This document shows, one piece after another, positions 19,764-32,667 of a DNA stretch of 64,000 nucleotides. This DNA is from an uncultured Thermoplasmata archaeon (GTDB taxonomy: Archaea > Thermoplasmatota > Thermoplasmata > RBG-16-68-12). Numbering within the stretch: position 1 is the stretch's first letter; each line of letters starts with the position of its first letter. The notes beneath the pieces were generated by a model. The model had not been told where the DNA came from. It was given only the letters and a program-made list of their open reading frames with translations, and did no database searches. The stretch lies in contig CAVYJM010000006.1 in NCBI GenBank assembly GCA_963768855.1, positions 1,063,195 to 1,127,194 of the forward strand, written 5' to 3'. The position numbers and the translations under genes were made by a program.

Positions 19764-20786
19764 ATGGTCCGGACCTACGCGGAAGCGGGCGTGAGCCAGG
19801 ACGAGAAGGCAGCCCACATCGCGGCGCTCGTGTCTGGCCTCACCTACCGGCGGCGGGGCGTCGGGCGACCTCTCACGAAGATCGGCCACTTCACCGGACT
19901 CGTCGAGTTCGGCAGGTATGCGCTCTCCCTGTGCACCGACGGCGTGGGCACGAAGCTCATCGTCGCCAACGAAATGCGGAAGTGGGACACGGTCGGCATC
20001 GACTGCGTCGCGATGAACGTCAACGACATGATCTGTATCGGGGCGGAGCCGATTGCCTTCGTGGACTACTTCGCGATCGAGTCGTACGACCACGGAGTGG
20101 CCCGTCAGATCGGGATCGGGCTGAACCGCGGAGCCCGGATGGCCAACGTGTCGATTATCGGGGGCGAGGTCGCGGTCCTCCCCGAGATCGTGAAAGGCTT
20201 CGATCTGGCCGGCACGTGCTTCGGGGTCGTGGATCGCAAGAACGTCATCGACGGCCGTGCGATTCGCCCCGGGGATGTGATCATCGGCCTGCCGAGCCAC
20301 GGCATCCACTCGAACGGCCTCACCTTCGCGCGCCGCCTCCTGCGGGACGCGGCGCTCACCGTGTTCGATCCGGTGGGCGCGTCGAACCAGCGCTGGGGAC
20401 CCGCCCTCCTCGAGCCGACCGCGATTTACGTGAAGCCGGTCCTGAACGCGCTCCAGAAGGCTCGGATTCACGGCATGGCGCACATCACTGGCGGCGGCGT
20501 CCGTAACATCGTCCGCCTCAAGCCGACCGTGGAGTTCTCGATCACGGATCCCCTCGAGCCCCACACGCTGTTTCGCGAGTTGCAGGCGTTAGGCGGAATC
20601 CAAGACGACGAGATGTACCAGACGTTCAACATGGGCATGGGGTACGTGATCGTCGCCCCGGAGACGGAGGCGAAGGCGGTCGTCCAGGCCCTGCGGCCCT
20701 CGGTCCGAGCGCGGATCGTCGGCGAGGTGCGAAAGGGTCGCGGCGTGAGCGTGCCGTCCCTCGGACTCCACTGGGATTCGTACTGA
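19764..20786 (+). CDS. purM: Phosphoribosylformylglycinamidine cyclo-ligase
   Basis: TYAEAGV, TDGVGTK, DCVAMNVND, GGE, SHGIHSNG, AHITGGG, TFNMGMG. Confidence 0.95.
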   Translation: MVRTYAEAGVSQDEKAAHIAALVSGLTYRRRGVGRPLTKIGHFTGLVEFGRYALSLCTDGVGTKLIVANEMRKWDTVGIDCVAMNVNDMICIGAEPIAFVDYFAIESYDHGVARQIGIGLNRGARMANVSIIGGEVAVLPEIVKGFDLAGTCFGVVDRKNVIDGRAIRPGDVIIGLPSHGIHSNGLTFARRLLRDAALTVFDPVGASNQRWGPALLEPTAIYVKPVLNALQKARIHGMAHITGGGVRNIVRLKPTVEFSITDPLEPHTLFRELQALGGIQDDEMYQTFNMGMGYVIVAPETEAKAVVQALRPSVRARIVGEVRKGRGVSVPSLGLHWDSY

Positions 20787-20839
20787 CGCGTCGGCAATCC
20801 CTTATCCCTTCAGGACCTTCCCGCGCGCGAGGCCTCTCC

Positions 20840-22024
20840 ATGCCCGGTCTTCTGTTGGGAATCCGCGTCCTCGACGTCTCCCGCGTGCTGACAGGCCCGT
20901 ACTGCTCCCTCATGCTCGCGGACCTCGGTGCCGAGGTCACCAAGATCGAGATCCCTGGAAAAGGGGACGACACCCGCGCATGGGGTCCGCCGTTCCTCGG
21001 CGGCGAAAGCGCGTACTTCCTGAGCGTGAACCGGAACAAGCGGAGCGTCACGCTGAACCTGAAGGATCCGGAAGGTCGGAAGATCCTGCTCGAGCTCGCG
21101 GCCCGGAGCGATGTGTTCCTGGAGAACTTCGCGCCCGGCGTCGCGGAACGCCTCGGCCTTGATTACGAAGCGGTGCGAGCCGCGAACCCCGCCATCGTGT
21201 ACTGCTCCATCTCTGGCTTCGGTCAGGACGGCCCGTATCGCGACCACCCGGCGTACGATCTCATCCTCCAGGGGCTCGGCGGGCTCCAGGGCATCACTGG
21301 GGAAGCGGGCGGGCCGCCGGTTCGCATCGGCGTCGCGGTCGCGGACATCGCAGGAGGCATGTTCGCTGCGTACGCGATCGCGGCGGCCCTCGTCCAGCGC
21401 GCTCGCACGGGCCAAGGAGAGCGCATCGACGTCTCCCTGTTCGATTCCCAGCTCGCCTGGCTCACGTACATGGCGGCCAACTACTTCGCGACCGGCCAGG
21501 ATCCGGAGCGGGCCGGCTCCCGCCATCCGACGATCGTCCCCTATCAAGCCTTCGCCACCCGCGACGGATTCATCAACGTCGCGGTGGGGAACGACGACAT
21601 CTTCCACCGTCTGTGCGCGGCGGTCGGCCGTCCTGAGCTCGATCAGGACCCGCGGTTCGTCACGAACCCCGAGCGCGTCGAGAACCGCGGGGTGCTGGAA
21701 CCGTTGCTCGAGTCGATCTTCCGCACCCGCACCACGGCGGAGTGGCAGGCTGCGCTGAACGAGCACTCCGTCCCCGCCGGGCCTGTCTACCGCATCAGCG
21801 ACATCGTGCGCGATCCGCAGGTGCGGTCGAGGGGCATGGTCCTCGAGCTCTCGCACCGGAAGGCGGGAAGGATCCGGCAATTCGGTCCGCCCTTCCGCTC
21901 CTCGAACGATCGCGGCGACCACACGCCGCCGCCGCTCCTGGGCGAGCACACGGACGAGGTGCTGTCCGCCCTTGGATACACGCCCGACCGGATCGCGGAT
22001 CTCCGCCGCCGGTCCGTCGTGTGA
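20840..22024 (+). CDS. Family III CoA-transferase (CaiB/BaiF)
   Basis: GIRVLDVSRVLTGPY, NRNKRS, ENFAPG, ISGFGQDGP, AYDLILQ, VADIAGG. Confidence 0.93.
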   Translation: MPGLLLGIRVLDVSRVLTGPYCSLMLADLGAEVTKIEIPGKGDDTRAWGPPFLGGESAYFLSVNRNKRSVTLNLKDPEGRKILLELAARSDVFLENFAPGVAERLGLDYEAVRAANPAIVYCSISGFGQDGPYRDHPAYDLILQGLGGLQGITGEAGGPPVRIGVAVADIAGGMFAAYAIAAALVQRARTGQGERIDVSLFDSQLAWLTYMAANYFATGQDPERAGSRHPTIVPYQAFATRDGFINVAVGNDDIFHRLCAAVGRPELDQDPRFVTNPERVENRGVLEPLLESIFRTRTTAEWQAALNEHSVPAGPVYRISDIVRDPQVRSRGMVLELSHRKAGRIRQFGPPFRSSNDRGDHTPPPLLGEHTDEVLSALGYTPDRIADLRRRSVV

Positions 22025-22083
22025 TCCGCACCGAGGGGCGCAGCTTTAAGCCCGGCCGGGCGTCCCGACTCCGCGAGTCCCCC

Positions 22084-22746
22084 ATGCTGCTCGGCATCCT
22101 GTTCGACATCGACGGCACCCTGATGGACACGCTCGACGCGATCGTCGCCTCGATGAACGCGGCCCTCGAAGCCTTCAAGGTCAAGCCGCTCGTCAGGGAG
22201 GAAATCCGCCCGCTGATCGGGATGCCCGTTCAGCGGCAGATGGACCTGCTCCGCGGGATGCAGGGGCCCGTGGTCGACGAGATCACGGATCGCTACTACG
22301 AGCACTTCATGGAACACGTCGAGAGAGGTTTGCCCTTGTACCCCGAGGTCAAAGAGACCCTCCCCCGGCTCGCGGAGCGCCCGATCAGCACGATGACCAC
22401 GCGGCGCCTGCACGGCGCCCGGCGGATGCTCGAGGTATCCGGGATCGCGCCGTACTTCAAGGCGATCGTGGGCGGCGACGAGGTGTCGCGGCCCAAGCCG
22501 TTCCCCGACTTGCCGCTGTTCTCCGCGAACGCCCTCGGGATCCCTTCGGAACAGTGCGTCGTGGTCGGCGATGCGCCCGTCGACATCTTGGCCGGACGAT
22601 CGGCGCGCATGTGGACGGTCGCGGCCGCATACGGATACGGGAGCCCGTCCTCCCTTCGCGAGGCGAAGCCCCACGCGACGATCCAGCGGTTCTCCGAGTT
22701 GCCGTCCGTGATCGAGGACCTGGAAACCCGGGTTCAGGATCGCTGA
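22084..22746 (+). CDS. HAD-family phosphatase
   Basis: FDIDGTL, KPFPD, VVGDAPVDI. Confidence 0.9.
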   Translation: MLLGILFDIDGTLMDTLDAIVASMNAALEAFKVKPLVREEIRPLIGMPVQRQMDLLRGMQGPVVDEITDRYYEHFMEHVERGLPLYPEVKETLPRLAERPISTMTTRRLHGARRMLEVSGIAPYFKAIVGGDEVSRPKPFPDLPLFSANALGIPSEQCVVVGDAPVDILAGRSARMWTVAAAYGYGSPSSLREAKPHATIQRFSELPSVIEDLETRVQDR

Positions 22747-22792
22747 GCGGTCCCTCGGAACGTTCTTACCCGCGTCGCCCGTTCTCGCCGCC

Positions 22793-23734
22793 ATGGCGGA
22801 GCCCGAGGTTTCCAGCAAGCTCATACCCCTCGCGGAAGCCGTGAAGAAGTTCATCCCGGACGGATGCCGCCTCCGGTCAGGCGGCATCGCGGTGCGCAAA
22901 CCGTTCGCCGTCATCTACGAGATCATGCGACAGAGGAAGCGCGACCTCACCTTCCTGATGAGCGGCTGGACCGAGGATGCGGACTGGCTCATCGGCGCGG
23001 GCTGCGTTGACAGGCTCGAGGGCTCGTATCTCGGCCTCGAGGCCCTCGGACTGGCGTACTGCTACCGCCGCGCCGTCGAGAAGGGGATCCCGCGGAAGGT
23101 CCTGATCGAGGAGTACAGCAACTTCGGGATGACGATGCGCTTCATGGCCGCGGGCATGGGCCTCCCGTTCATGCCGGTCAAGTCCCAGCTCGGTTCGGAC
23201 CTCCTGACCGTGGAATCGTTCCGGCATCCGAAAGCCCTGGTGGTCGAGGACCCGTTCGGGAGCGGCGAGAAAGTCGCCCTCCTGCCGGCCTGCCCCGCGG
23301 ACGTGGCCCTGCTCCACGCCCAGCGGTGCGACGAGGACGGGAATGCCCAGGTCTGGGGCCAGATCGGGGACGATCTCTGGGGGACGTACGCCGGGAAGAA
23401 GATCCTCCTCACCGTCGAGGAGATCGTGCCCACGCGGGTCATCCGCCACGACCCGAACCGCACGATCGTCCCGGGGTTCCGCGTCGACGCGATCGTCCCG
23501 ATCCCGTTCGGCGGCCACCCGTACCAGGTCCAGGGATACTACGACACGGACCGCGCGTTCCGCAAGGACTACGCGGCGCGAAGCACGACCCTCGAGGGCT
23601 GGCAAGGGTGGGCGGAGGAGTGGGTCTACGGCGTCGAGGGCCACGAGGCCTATCTGAAGAAGCTCGGCGAGGAACGCCTCGCGCACCTGCGGGCCAAGCC
23701 GGTCATGAGCGGGAAGGTGAATTATGGCTACTGA
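22793..23734 (+). CDS. Family I CoA-transferase subunit A (glutaconate CoA-transferase-like)
   Basis: EEYSNFG, RFMAAGMGLPFMP, DVALLHAQRCD..GN, LTVEEIV. Confidence 0.88.
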   Translation: MAEPEVSSKLIPLAEAVKKFIPDGCRLRSGGIAVRKPFAVIYEIMRQRKRDLTFLMSGWTEDADWLIGAGCVDRLEGSYLGLEALGLAYCYRRAVEKGIPRKVLIEEYSNFGMTMRFMAAGMGLPFMPVKSQLGSDLLTVESFRHPKALVVEDPFGSGEKVALLPACPADVALLHAQRCDEDGNAQVWGQIGDDLWGTYAGKKILLTVEEIVPTRVIRHDPNRTIVPGFRVDAIVPIPFGGHPYQVQGYYDTDRAFRKDYAARSTTLEGWQGWAEEWVYGVEGHEAYLKKLGEERLAHLRAKPVMSGKVNYGY

Positions 23735-24521
23735 CGCGCCCGGGGCAGTTGCTCCCCCGGCGTACAAGCGGACCGAGCTCATGGCCATCTGCGCGGCGCG
23801 CGAGATCCGCGACCGCGAGATCGCCTTCATCGGGACGGGGCTCCCGATGCTCGGGGGCATGCTGGCGAAGTACACGCATGCCCCGAACTGCATCATGATC
23901 TTCGAATCCGGCGTGGTCGATGCGCGCCCGAAGCGGACGCCGCTGTCCATCGGCGACGCGTGCCTCGTCCCCGGGAGCGTGATGCTCTGCGGGCTCACAG
24001 AGGTCTTCGGCTTGATCATGCAGCCCGGCTACGTCGACGTGGGGTACATCGGCGGGGCCCAGATCGACCGATTCGGGAACCTGAACACGACGGTCATCGG
24101 CGACTACCACTCGCCCAAGGTACGCCTCCCGGGCTCCGGCGGTGCGAACGACATCGGGTCCCTCGCGAAGCGCACGATCATCATGATGAAGCAGGACCGC
24201 CTGAAGTTCGTCGAGAAGCTCGATTACGTGACCACGCCCGGGTACATCGACGGTCCCGGCGGCCGGGAACGGGCGGGGCTACCGCGCGGAGGTCCATCCT
24301 GTGTGATCTCCGACATGGGCGTCTACCGCTTCGACGCCGCGACGAAGGTGATGTACCTCGACTCGGTGCATCCGGGCCTCAGCGTGGACGAGATCCGGAG
24401 GAACGTGTCCTGGGATCTCGAGGTGGCCCCCACGGTCCGGAAGACGAAGCCGCCGACCAAGCGGGAGCTTCAAGTCCTTCGGACGAAGTGTGACCCCGAA
24501 GGCATCTTCCTCGGCGCGTGA
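23724..24521 (+). CDS. Family I CoA-transferase subunit B
   Basis: FIGTGLP, catalytic FESG, GGAQIDRFGNLNT, RLPGSGGAND. Confidence 0.9.
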   Translation: MATDAPGAVAPPAYKRTELMAICAAREIRDREIAFIGTGLPMLGGMLAKYTHAPNCIMIFESGVVDARPKRTPLSIGDACLVPGSVMLCGLTEVFGLIMQPGYVDVGYIGGAQIDRFGNLNTTVIGDYHSPKVRLPGSGGANDIGSLAKRTIIMMKQDRLKFVEKLDYVTTPGYIDGPGGRERAGLPRGGPSCVISDMGVYRFDAATKVMYLDSVHPGLSVDEIRRNVSWDLEVAPTVRKTKPPTKRELQVLRTKCDPEGIFLGA

Positions 24522-24527
24522 GATCTC

Positions 24528-26167
<1,640 letters not shown>

Positions 26168-26171
<4 letters not shown>

Positions 26172-26578
26172 TAGGGCCGGCACACCACGTCGGCATCGCG
26201 GTCCACCATCTGGAACCCGCCGTCGAGCGATACCGCCTGCTCGGACTCGCCTTGGACTACGTGGATTCGGTCCCCGCTGCTGGCGTGCGGGTGGCATTCC
26301 TCCGGGCGGGTGGCATCCAGGTGGAACTCGTGGAGCCCCTGGACCCGAAGGGCGCAGTTGCCCGCTTCCTCGAGTCCCGTGGCGAAGGGTTGCACCACGT
26401 CGCGTTCGCAACCCCGGACATCGTCCAGGAACTGGGGCGACTGGCCGGCGAAGGGTTCGAACTGGTCGACAAGGTCCCCCGCCCCGGAGCCCGAGGGAGG
26501 AAGGTCGCATTCGTTCATCCCCGATCCGCGCACGGCGTCCTCATCGAGCTCGTCCAGGAACCGATCCCTTTGCCCTGA
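26168..26578 (+). CDS. mce: Methylmalonyl-CoA epimerase
   Basis: HHVGIAV, VELVEP, GEGLHHVAF, GVLIELVQ. Confidence 0.92.
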
Positions 26579-26646
26579 CGTGTCAGGGCTGTTAGGCTAG
26601 CCCAAGTCGAATAGGTTTATGTCGAGCGTCCTTGGTCGGCCGTCGC

Positions 26647-27324
26647 ATGAGCGTCGAAGGAGCCGCTGCCTCCCTAGCGTCCGCGGGCATCAGCGCCCTG
26701 TTCTCATTCCTCGTGTTCCAGCAGTGGCTCGCCCGCCGCAAGACGTACCAGATGGCATGGACGATCGGGCTCGCGATGTTCTCGGTCGCCGCCCTGATGC
26801 AGTTCTTCTCCGAGGCCTACAGCTGGAGTGTGGGGATCTACAAGGTCTACTACTTCCTGGCCGCGCCCCTGGTCGCGGTGCTGGGCGTCGGGTCTGCGTT
26901 CCTCGCGGGCCGCCGGCTCGGCCTCGCCCTCTCGGTGTACACCGCAATCATGGCGGTCGCGTTCGCCTGGATTGTCGCAACCGCCACAGTCAACGTCGCC
27001 GCGTTCCAGCTCCCCCTCCCGGCGGGCCAAGGGTTCGACGAGTCCGTGCGCATCTGGTCGCCCCTCTTCACGGTCCCGGGCAGCCTCGCCCTCATCGGGA
27101 TCGCACTCTACTCGTTCTGGCGCACGCGGTTCGTGTTCAACCTCTGGATCGCCGCGGGCGCGATCGTCGCCGCCGGGAGCGGCTCGCTCGCGACGTTCGG
27201 AGTGACGTGGGCCCTCTATCTGGGCGAGCTCTTCGGCATCGCCCTCATGTTCTGGGGATTCCTGGCCAGCCGGGAACCGGCTCTGGCCGGCAGCCGCGCT
27301 TCCGAGCAAGCCCCGTCGACGTGA
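26647..27324 (+). CDS. Multi-pass membrane protein of unknown function
   Basis: About 7 hydrophobic segments; GAATAGGTTTATG promoter-like motif upstream. Confidence 0.75.
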   Translation: MSVEGAAASLASAGISALFSFLVFQQWLARRKTYQMAWTIGLAMFSVAALMQFFSEAYSWSVGIYKVYYFLAAPLVAVLGVGSAFLAGRRLGLALSVYTAIMAVAFAWIVATATVNVAAFQLPLPAGQGFDESVRIWSPLFTVPGSLALIGIALYSFWRTRFVFNLWIAAGAIVAAGSGSLATFGVTWALYLGELFGIALMFWGFLASREPALAGSRASEQAPST

Positions 27325-27364
27325 CCCGCCAACGTTGAAATAGCCTCGCCGCGGTCCGCCGACC

Positions 27365-28129
27365 ATGAAGACCGGGGAGTTCCACAACCCGGCCCGCAAG
27401 GTGATCGGCCGGACGATCTGGCACTTCGATGCGGTCGAGTCCACGAACGAGACGCTCAAGGAGCTCCTGGACGGCGATCTGGCGGAGGGACTCGTTGTCT
27501 GGGCGGATCGCCAGGCCGCCGGAAAGGGCCGCCACGGCCGCGCCTGGGCCTCTCCGCCGGGCGGGCTCTATCTCTCGATCCTCCTCAACCCGAAGGAGGT
27601 CCATGCCCCGATCCTGGGCCTCCTCGCGGGCATGCCGCTCGTCAAGGCGCTGCGCCACTTCGGGGTGTTCGCCACCCTCAAGTGGCCGAACGACGCGATC
27701 TTCCAGGGCCGGAAGCTCGCGGGGATTCTCTCCGAGGGCGTGTACCGGCGGGACGTGTACCACGTCATTCTGGGCGTCGGCATCAACACGAACCTCGACC
27801 TGGAGCGGCTCCCGCCCGATGTGCAGAAGCACGCCACCAGCCTGAAGCGCGAAGTCAACCTGTTCGTCGCGAACGAAGAGTGCCTCGACTACTTCCTCGA
27901 GCAGATGGACGACGTGTACTCGCGCTATCGGAACACGCCCACCCCGCTGATGATGAAGGAATACCGCGGCGCGTGTGGGACGGTCGGGAAGAGGGTCTCC
28001 GTGGAGACCTCGAAAGGAAAGGTGGTCGGCAAGGCGTACGACGTCACGCCGGCAGGAGCACTGATGGTACTCGACGACCACGAGGAACGCCACGAGATCG
28101 TCGATGGCACGGTCGAGTACGTCTCCTGA
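27365..28129 (+). CDS. birA: Biotin-protein ligase without N-terminal HTH
   Basis: ESTN, QAAGKGRHGRAW, LKWPND, KLAGIL, GVGIN. Confidence 0.93.
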   Translation: MKTGEFHNPARKVIGRTIWHFDAVESTNETLKELLDGDLAEGLVVWADRQAAGKGRHGRAWASPPGGLYLSILLNPKEVHAPILGLLAGMPLVKALRHFGVFATLKWPNDAIFQGRKLAGILSEGVYRRDVYHVILGVGINTNLDLERLPPDVQKHATSLKREVNLFVANEECLDYFLEQMDDVYSRYRNTPTPLMMKEYRGACGTVGKRVSVETSKGKVVGKAYDVTPAGALMVLDDHEERHEIVDGTVEYVS

Positions 28130-28159
28130 CGCATCGACTCTCGGCGCGCCCAAACGCTT

Positions 28160-30658
28160 TTGCCATGGGCGCGCCATCCGCCCCGCACGAGCGCTCCCTC
28201 CGACCGTCGCGGCTGGGCGAAGTTCGGCGTCTCCGTGGTTCTCTCCATCGTCGTCTTCGCGGTCTTCTCCGCGCCGCTCGGCCCGCTCCCGCCGCTGGGC
28301 TCGATCCTCGATCCGACCACAGGCCTCTGGTCCGTGGCTTTCGGCAACCGGGCGCTCCAGACCCAGACGATCCGCCTTGCGGGCCTCAACGCTCCCGTGA
28401 CGATCGTGCGGGACGTCACGGGCGTCCCCCACATCTACGCCCAAAATGCTGCGGACGGATGGTTCGCGCTGGGTTTCGTCCACGCCGAGGACCGCCTGTG
28501 GCAGATGGACACCCAGTACCGCGCCGCGGCGGGACGGCTGAGCGAGGTGCTCGGATCGAGCTACGTCTCGACGGACGAGTTCTTCCGGACGATCGGCCTG
28601 GCACGGATCGCGGCGAATGCCTCGATCGCCCGGGGACTGGCCGGCGACATCGACTCGCCCGTGATGAAGGCCTACACGGCCGGTGTGAACGCATACATCG
28701 CCGGCCTGGATCCCCCGGATTACCCCATCGAGTACAAGCTCCTCGGCTACAAGCCCGAGCTCTGGTCCGTGGAGAAGAGCCTGACCGCGGGCGGCCTGAT
28801 CGCCTGGGGCCTGATGGGCGACTTCTACGACATCCAGTACGATCTCCTGGTCCAGAAGTTCGGGGCGACCCAGGCGGCGGAGCTGTTCCCGGATTATCCC
28901 GCGGGCACCCAGTACCCGATCCAGTCCGCGGCGCTCGGCGGATCGGACGTCGCCCTCGTTTCCGTCGCGGCGGCGCAGGACATCCTGCAGAAGGCGGCCG
29001 CGGCGGCCCCCTGGATCCCGAACTTCGAGGGCGCGGGCAGCAACAACTGGGCCGTCCTCGGGACGCGCACCGCCACGGGCAAACCGCTGCTCGACGCGGA
29101 CCCCCATCTCCAGTTCCAGCTCCCCGCGATCTGGTACCAGGCCGAGCTCCAGGCCCCGCCGTACTCCGTGCGAGGCGCAACGTTCCCCGGCATCCCGGCC
29201 TTCTTCTTCGGGACGAACGGGCACATCGCCTGGGGCGAGACGAACACGGGTGCGGATGTCAACGACTTCTTCAAGGAGACGATCTCGGCGAATGGCACGC
29301 AGTACCTGTACGGCGGGCACTGGTACGACCTGAAGGTCTACGACGAGCCCATCCTCGTCAAGGGCGGGGCCACCGTCGACTTCCAGGTCAAGGCCACGGG
29401 CCATGGACCCATCTTGACCCAGTACGGCGAGACGGTGTCGATGATGTCGACGATCGTCTACTTCGGTCAAGAGCTCCGAGCGATGCTCGGCGTCGACCTC
29501 GCGACGAACCACGCCGAGTTCGACAACGCCTCCCTGTACTGGCACGTCCCCGCGCAGAACGTGATCTACGCCGACGCGAACGGCGTGTACGGGAACATCG
29601 GGATCCGGTCGACCGGCTGGTATCCGATCCGCGAGAACTTCTCCGGCCGCCTCCCCGTCGACGGGTCGAACGCGAGCTACGCGTGGAACGGGTGGGTGCC
29701 CTTCGTGGACATGCCCCACCTCTACGACCCGCCGCAGGGCTACGTCTTCAGCAACAACGAGGTCCCCTACCCGCCGGGCTACGGCTACGCGTCGACCCTC
29801 GGCTCCCTCTTCGACCCCGGATATCGGGCCCGGAGGATCCATGAGCTCCTCGCGGCCGACCAGAACGTTTCCCTCGCGGACATGGAGCGTTTCCAGCTGG
29901 ACCTACTGGACACGGCCGCGCAGTCCCTGGTCCCCTACATCCTGAATGCCGTCACGCCCGCGGACGGCGTCGACCAGCAGGCCCATGCCGCCCTCCAGAC
30001 GTGGACGACGGTGAACGCGTTCAACATGACGACGAACTCCACCGCAGCCACGATCTGGTACACGTTCATGGATCACTACGTTCAGGATACGTTCGGCGAC
30101 GAGTACGCGGTGGCGGATGCGACGAACCTCACGGATCCGCAGTTCAACACCCTCGAGAACCTCACGATCAACGACCCGGCGTCCCACTGGTTCGACAACG
30201 TGACGGGTGGCATGATCCGCGCGCAGACCCGGGACGACGTGATCCGCCAGGCGTTCAACGACACGATGGCCGACCTCCTGGCGCGTCTCGGCCCCACGCC
30301 CGGCGCGTGGACGTGGGGGTCCGTCCACTCCCGCCAGTTCGACAGCCTCACCGGGCTGGAGGCCTTCCAGAGGGGACCGTTCGCCGCGCCCGGGGACGGC
30401 TTCACCCTGAATGTCGCGGGCGGCCTGGTCTCGAAGGGCGGCCCCTCCTGGCGGCAGATCATCGACTTCAGCGACCTGGACAACTCGCTCGCAATCTACC
30501 CGGGCGGGCAGTCCGGGAACCCGCTCAGCGTTCACTATGACGACTTCCTGAAGGGATCCTACCTGGGCGGCAAGTACCTCTCCTTCCGTGCCTACCCGAC
30601 GGCGGACTCGATTCCAGCGGGGTCCGTCGAATCGACCATCAGCCTCGTGCCGAGTTGA
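28160..30658 (+). CDS. Membrane-anchored penicillin/AHL acylase family Ntn-hydrolase
   Basis: RD..GVPHIYA, GFVHAEDRLWQM, nucleophile GSNNW, DPHL, HIAWG.TN, GQSGNP.S.HY; start uncertain. Confidence 0.9.
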   Translation: MPWARHPPRTSAPSDRRGWAKFGVSVVLSIVVFAVFSAPLGPLPPLGSILDPTTGLWSVAFGNRALQTQTIRLAGLNAPVTIVRDVTGVPHIYAQNAADGWFALGFVHAEDRLWQMDTQYRAAAGRLSEVLGSSYVSTDEFFRTIGLARIAANASIARGLAGDIDSPVMKAYTAGVNAYIAGLDPPDYPIEYKLLGYKPELWSVEKSLTAGGLIAWGLMGDFYDIQYDLLVQKFGATQAAELFPDYPAGTQYPIQSAALGGSDVALVSVAAAQDILQKAAAAAPWIPNFEGAGSNNWAVLGTRTATGKPLLDADPHLQFQLPAIWYQAELQAPPYSVRGATFPGIPAFFFGTNGHIAWGETNTGADVNDFFKETISANGTQYLYGGHWYDLKVYDEPILVKGGATVDFQVKATGHGPILTQYGETVSMMSTIVYFGQELRAMLGVDLATNHAEFDNASLYWHVPAQNVIYADANGVYGNIGIRSTGWYPIRENFSGRLPVDGSNASYAWNGWVPFVDMPHLYDPPQGYVFSNNEVPYPPGYGYASTLGSLFDPGYRARRIHELLAADQNVSLADMERFQLDLLDTAAQSLVPYILNAVTPADGVDQQAHAALQTWTTVNAFNMTTNSTAATIWYTFMDHYVQDTFGDEYAVADATNLTDPQFNTLENLTINDPASHWFDNVTGGMIRAQTRDDVIRQAFNDTMADLLARLGPTPGAWTWGSVHSRQFDSLTGLEAFQRGPFAAPGDGFTLNVAGGLVSKGGPSWRQIIDFSDLDNSLAIYPGGQSGNPLSVHYDDFLKGSYLGGKYLSFRAYPTADSIPAGSVESTISLVPS

Positions 30659-30662
30659 TTTC

Positions 30663-31076
30663 TTGCCCAGACCCCACTTCCCCGACCTGCCCGTCCGCAC
30701 CGTGTTTCTGGCCGGGTTCGCCGCGGCGCTGATCCTCCTGCTCACGGGCACCTGGCAGCTCGCCTACCTCGCCGGGTTCCTGGCGGGCATCCTGTCGACC
30801 CGGGCCCGCCGCGCCCTTGTCCTGGGCGCGCTCGTCGTCATGACCGCGTGGGCCGCCTACCTCGTCTACGTTTTCGTCTTCGGGAGCGGGCTCCAGCTCG
30901 CCAGCTTGGTCGGCGAAGTCCTCGGCGCGGGGAGCGACGCGTGGTGGCTCCTCACGCTCCTGACGCTGGTTTTGGCGATCCTGCTGGGCGCCATCGGGGG
31001 CTTGACGGGGTACACCGCCTCGCGGTTGTTCCTCTGGGAGGCGCAGCCGGCCGCGGCTGAGGTCCCGAAGAGTTGA
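30663..31076 (+). CDS. Small multi-TM membrane protein
   Basis: Four hydrophobic segments; TTG start inferred. Confidence 0.65.
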   Translation: MPRPHFPDLPVRTVFLAGFAAALILLLTGTWQLAYLAGFLAGILSTRARRALVLGALVVMTAWAAYLVYVFVFGSGLQLASLVGEVLGAGSDAWWLLTLLTLVLAILLGAIGGLTGYTASRLFLWEAQPAAAEVPKS

Positions 31077-31103
31077 AGTCGGGCGCTCGCATTCGAGCGT
31101 CCC

Positions 31104-32654
31104 ATGGCCGTTGACGAACGCGTGGAGGAGCTCCGCCGGCGCAAGGAGGCGTCCCGGGAAGGCGGCGGGGCCGAGCGCATCGAACAGCAGCACGCGAAAG
31201 GCAAGCTCACCGCGCGAGAGCGGGTCGAGGCCCTGCTGGATGCGGGGACCTTCGTGGAGACGGATGCGTTCGTGGAGCATCGCGCCTCCGACTTCGGGAT
31301 CGACAAGCGGCGCGTGCCGGGCGACGGCGTCGTCACCGGGTACGGTGCCATCGACGGCCGGACGGTCTTCGTGTTCTCCCAGGACTTCACCGTATTCGGC
31401 GGCAGCCTTGGGGAGATGCACGCGAACAAGATCGTGAAGATCATGGACACGGCGGTGAAGGTCGGCGCGCCCGTGATCGGGCTCAACGACAGCGGAGGCG
31501 CGCGCATCCAGGAAGGGGTGATCAGCCTTGGAGGCTACGCGGAGATTTTCTACCGCAACGTCCTCGCGTCCGGCGTCATACCGCAGATCAGCGCAATCCT
31601 CGGCCCCTGCGCCGGGGGCGCGGTCTACAGCCCCGCCATGACGGATTTCACGATCATGGCCAAGGGCAGCTCGTACATGTTCATCACCGGGCCCGAGGTC
31701 ATCAAGGCGGTGACCGGCGAGGACGTCACCTTCGAACAGCTCGGTGGGGCGATGACCCACAACGAGAAGTCCGGAGTCGCCCACTTCGCGGCGGAGGACG
31801 AGAAGGCCGCCCTGCGGCTCGTCCGAAAGCTCCTGAGCTACCTGCCCTCCAACAACGTCGATGACCCGCCCGTGCTCCCGTCCGAGGACGACCCCGGCCG
31901 CCGCGATGCGGATCTCGCCAGCGTCGTCCCGCGGGAACCGGACAAGCCCTACGACATGCGCGACGTGATCACGCGCGTCGTGGACCGGGGCTCCTGGTTC
32001 GAGGTCCAGGAGCACTGGGCCCAGAACATCGTCGTCGGTTTCGCGCGGGTGGAGGGCCATCCGATCGGCGTGGTCGGCAACCAGCCCAAGGTCCTGGCCG
32101 GGACCCTCGACATCAACTCCTCGACCAAGGCGGGCCGGTTCGTCCGGTTCTGCGACTGCTTCAACGTCCCGCTCCTCACGTTCGTCGACGTGCCGGGATT
32201 CCTCCCGGGGACCGCCCAGGAGTTCGGCGGGATCATCCGCAACGGGGCGAAGCTCCTCTACGCGTACAGCGAGGCCACCGTGCCCAAGGTCACGGTCATC
32301 ACGCGCAAGGCGTACGGCGGCGCGTACGACGTCATGTGCTCGAAGCACATCCGCGGCGACATGAACTTCGCGTGGCCCTCCGCGGAGCTGGCCGTCATGG
32401 GGCCGGACGGCGCGGTCCAGATCATCTTCCGGAAGGAGATCGACGCAGCGAAGGACCCGAAGGCGCGCGAGGCGGAGCTGGTCCGGGAGTACCGCGAGAA
32501 GTTCGCGAACCCATACATCGCGGCCCGGATGGGCTACCTGGACGACATCATCGAGCCGCAGGACACGCGGCCGCGGGTCGCGAACGCCTTCGCGATGCTG
32601 CGGAGCAAGCGCGAGTCGCGGCCTCCGAAGAAGCACGGCAACATCCCCCTCTAG
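31104..32654 (+). CDS. pccB: Propionyl-CoA carboxylase carboxyltransferase subunit
   Basis: [62 protein letters not shown]. Confidence 0.95.
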   Translation: MAVDERVEELRRRKEASREGGGAERIEQQHAKGKLTARERVEALLDAGTFVETDAFVEHRASDFGIDKRRVPGDGVVTGYGAIDGRTVFVFSQDFTVFGGSLGEMHANKIVKIMDTAVKVGAPVIGLNDSGGARIQEGVISLGGYAEIFYRNVLASGVIPQISAILGPCAGGAVYSPAMTDFTIMAKGSSYMFITGPEVIKAVTGEDVTFEQLGGAMTHNEKSGVAHFAAEDEKAALRLVRKLLSYLPSNNVDDPPVLPSEDDPGRRDADLASVVPREPDKPYDMRDVITRVVDRGSWFEVQEHWAQNIVVGFARVEGHPIGVVGNQPKVLAGTLDINSSTKAGRFVRFCDCFNVPLLTFVDVPGFLPGTAQEFGGIIRNGAKLLYAYSEATVPKVTVITRKAYGGAYDVMCSKHIRGDMNFAWPSAELAVMGPDGAVQIIFRKEIDAAKDPKAREAELVREYREKFANPYIAARMGYLDDIIEPQDTRPRVANAFAMLRSKRESRPPKKHGNIPL

Positions 32655-32667
32655 GAAGGCGCCCGAA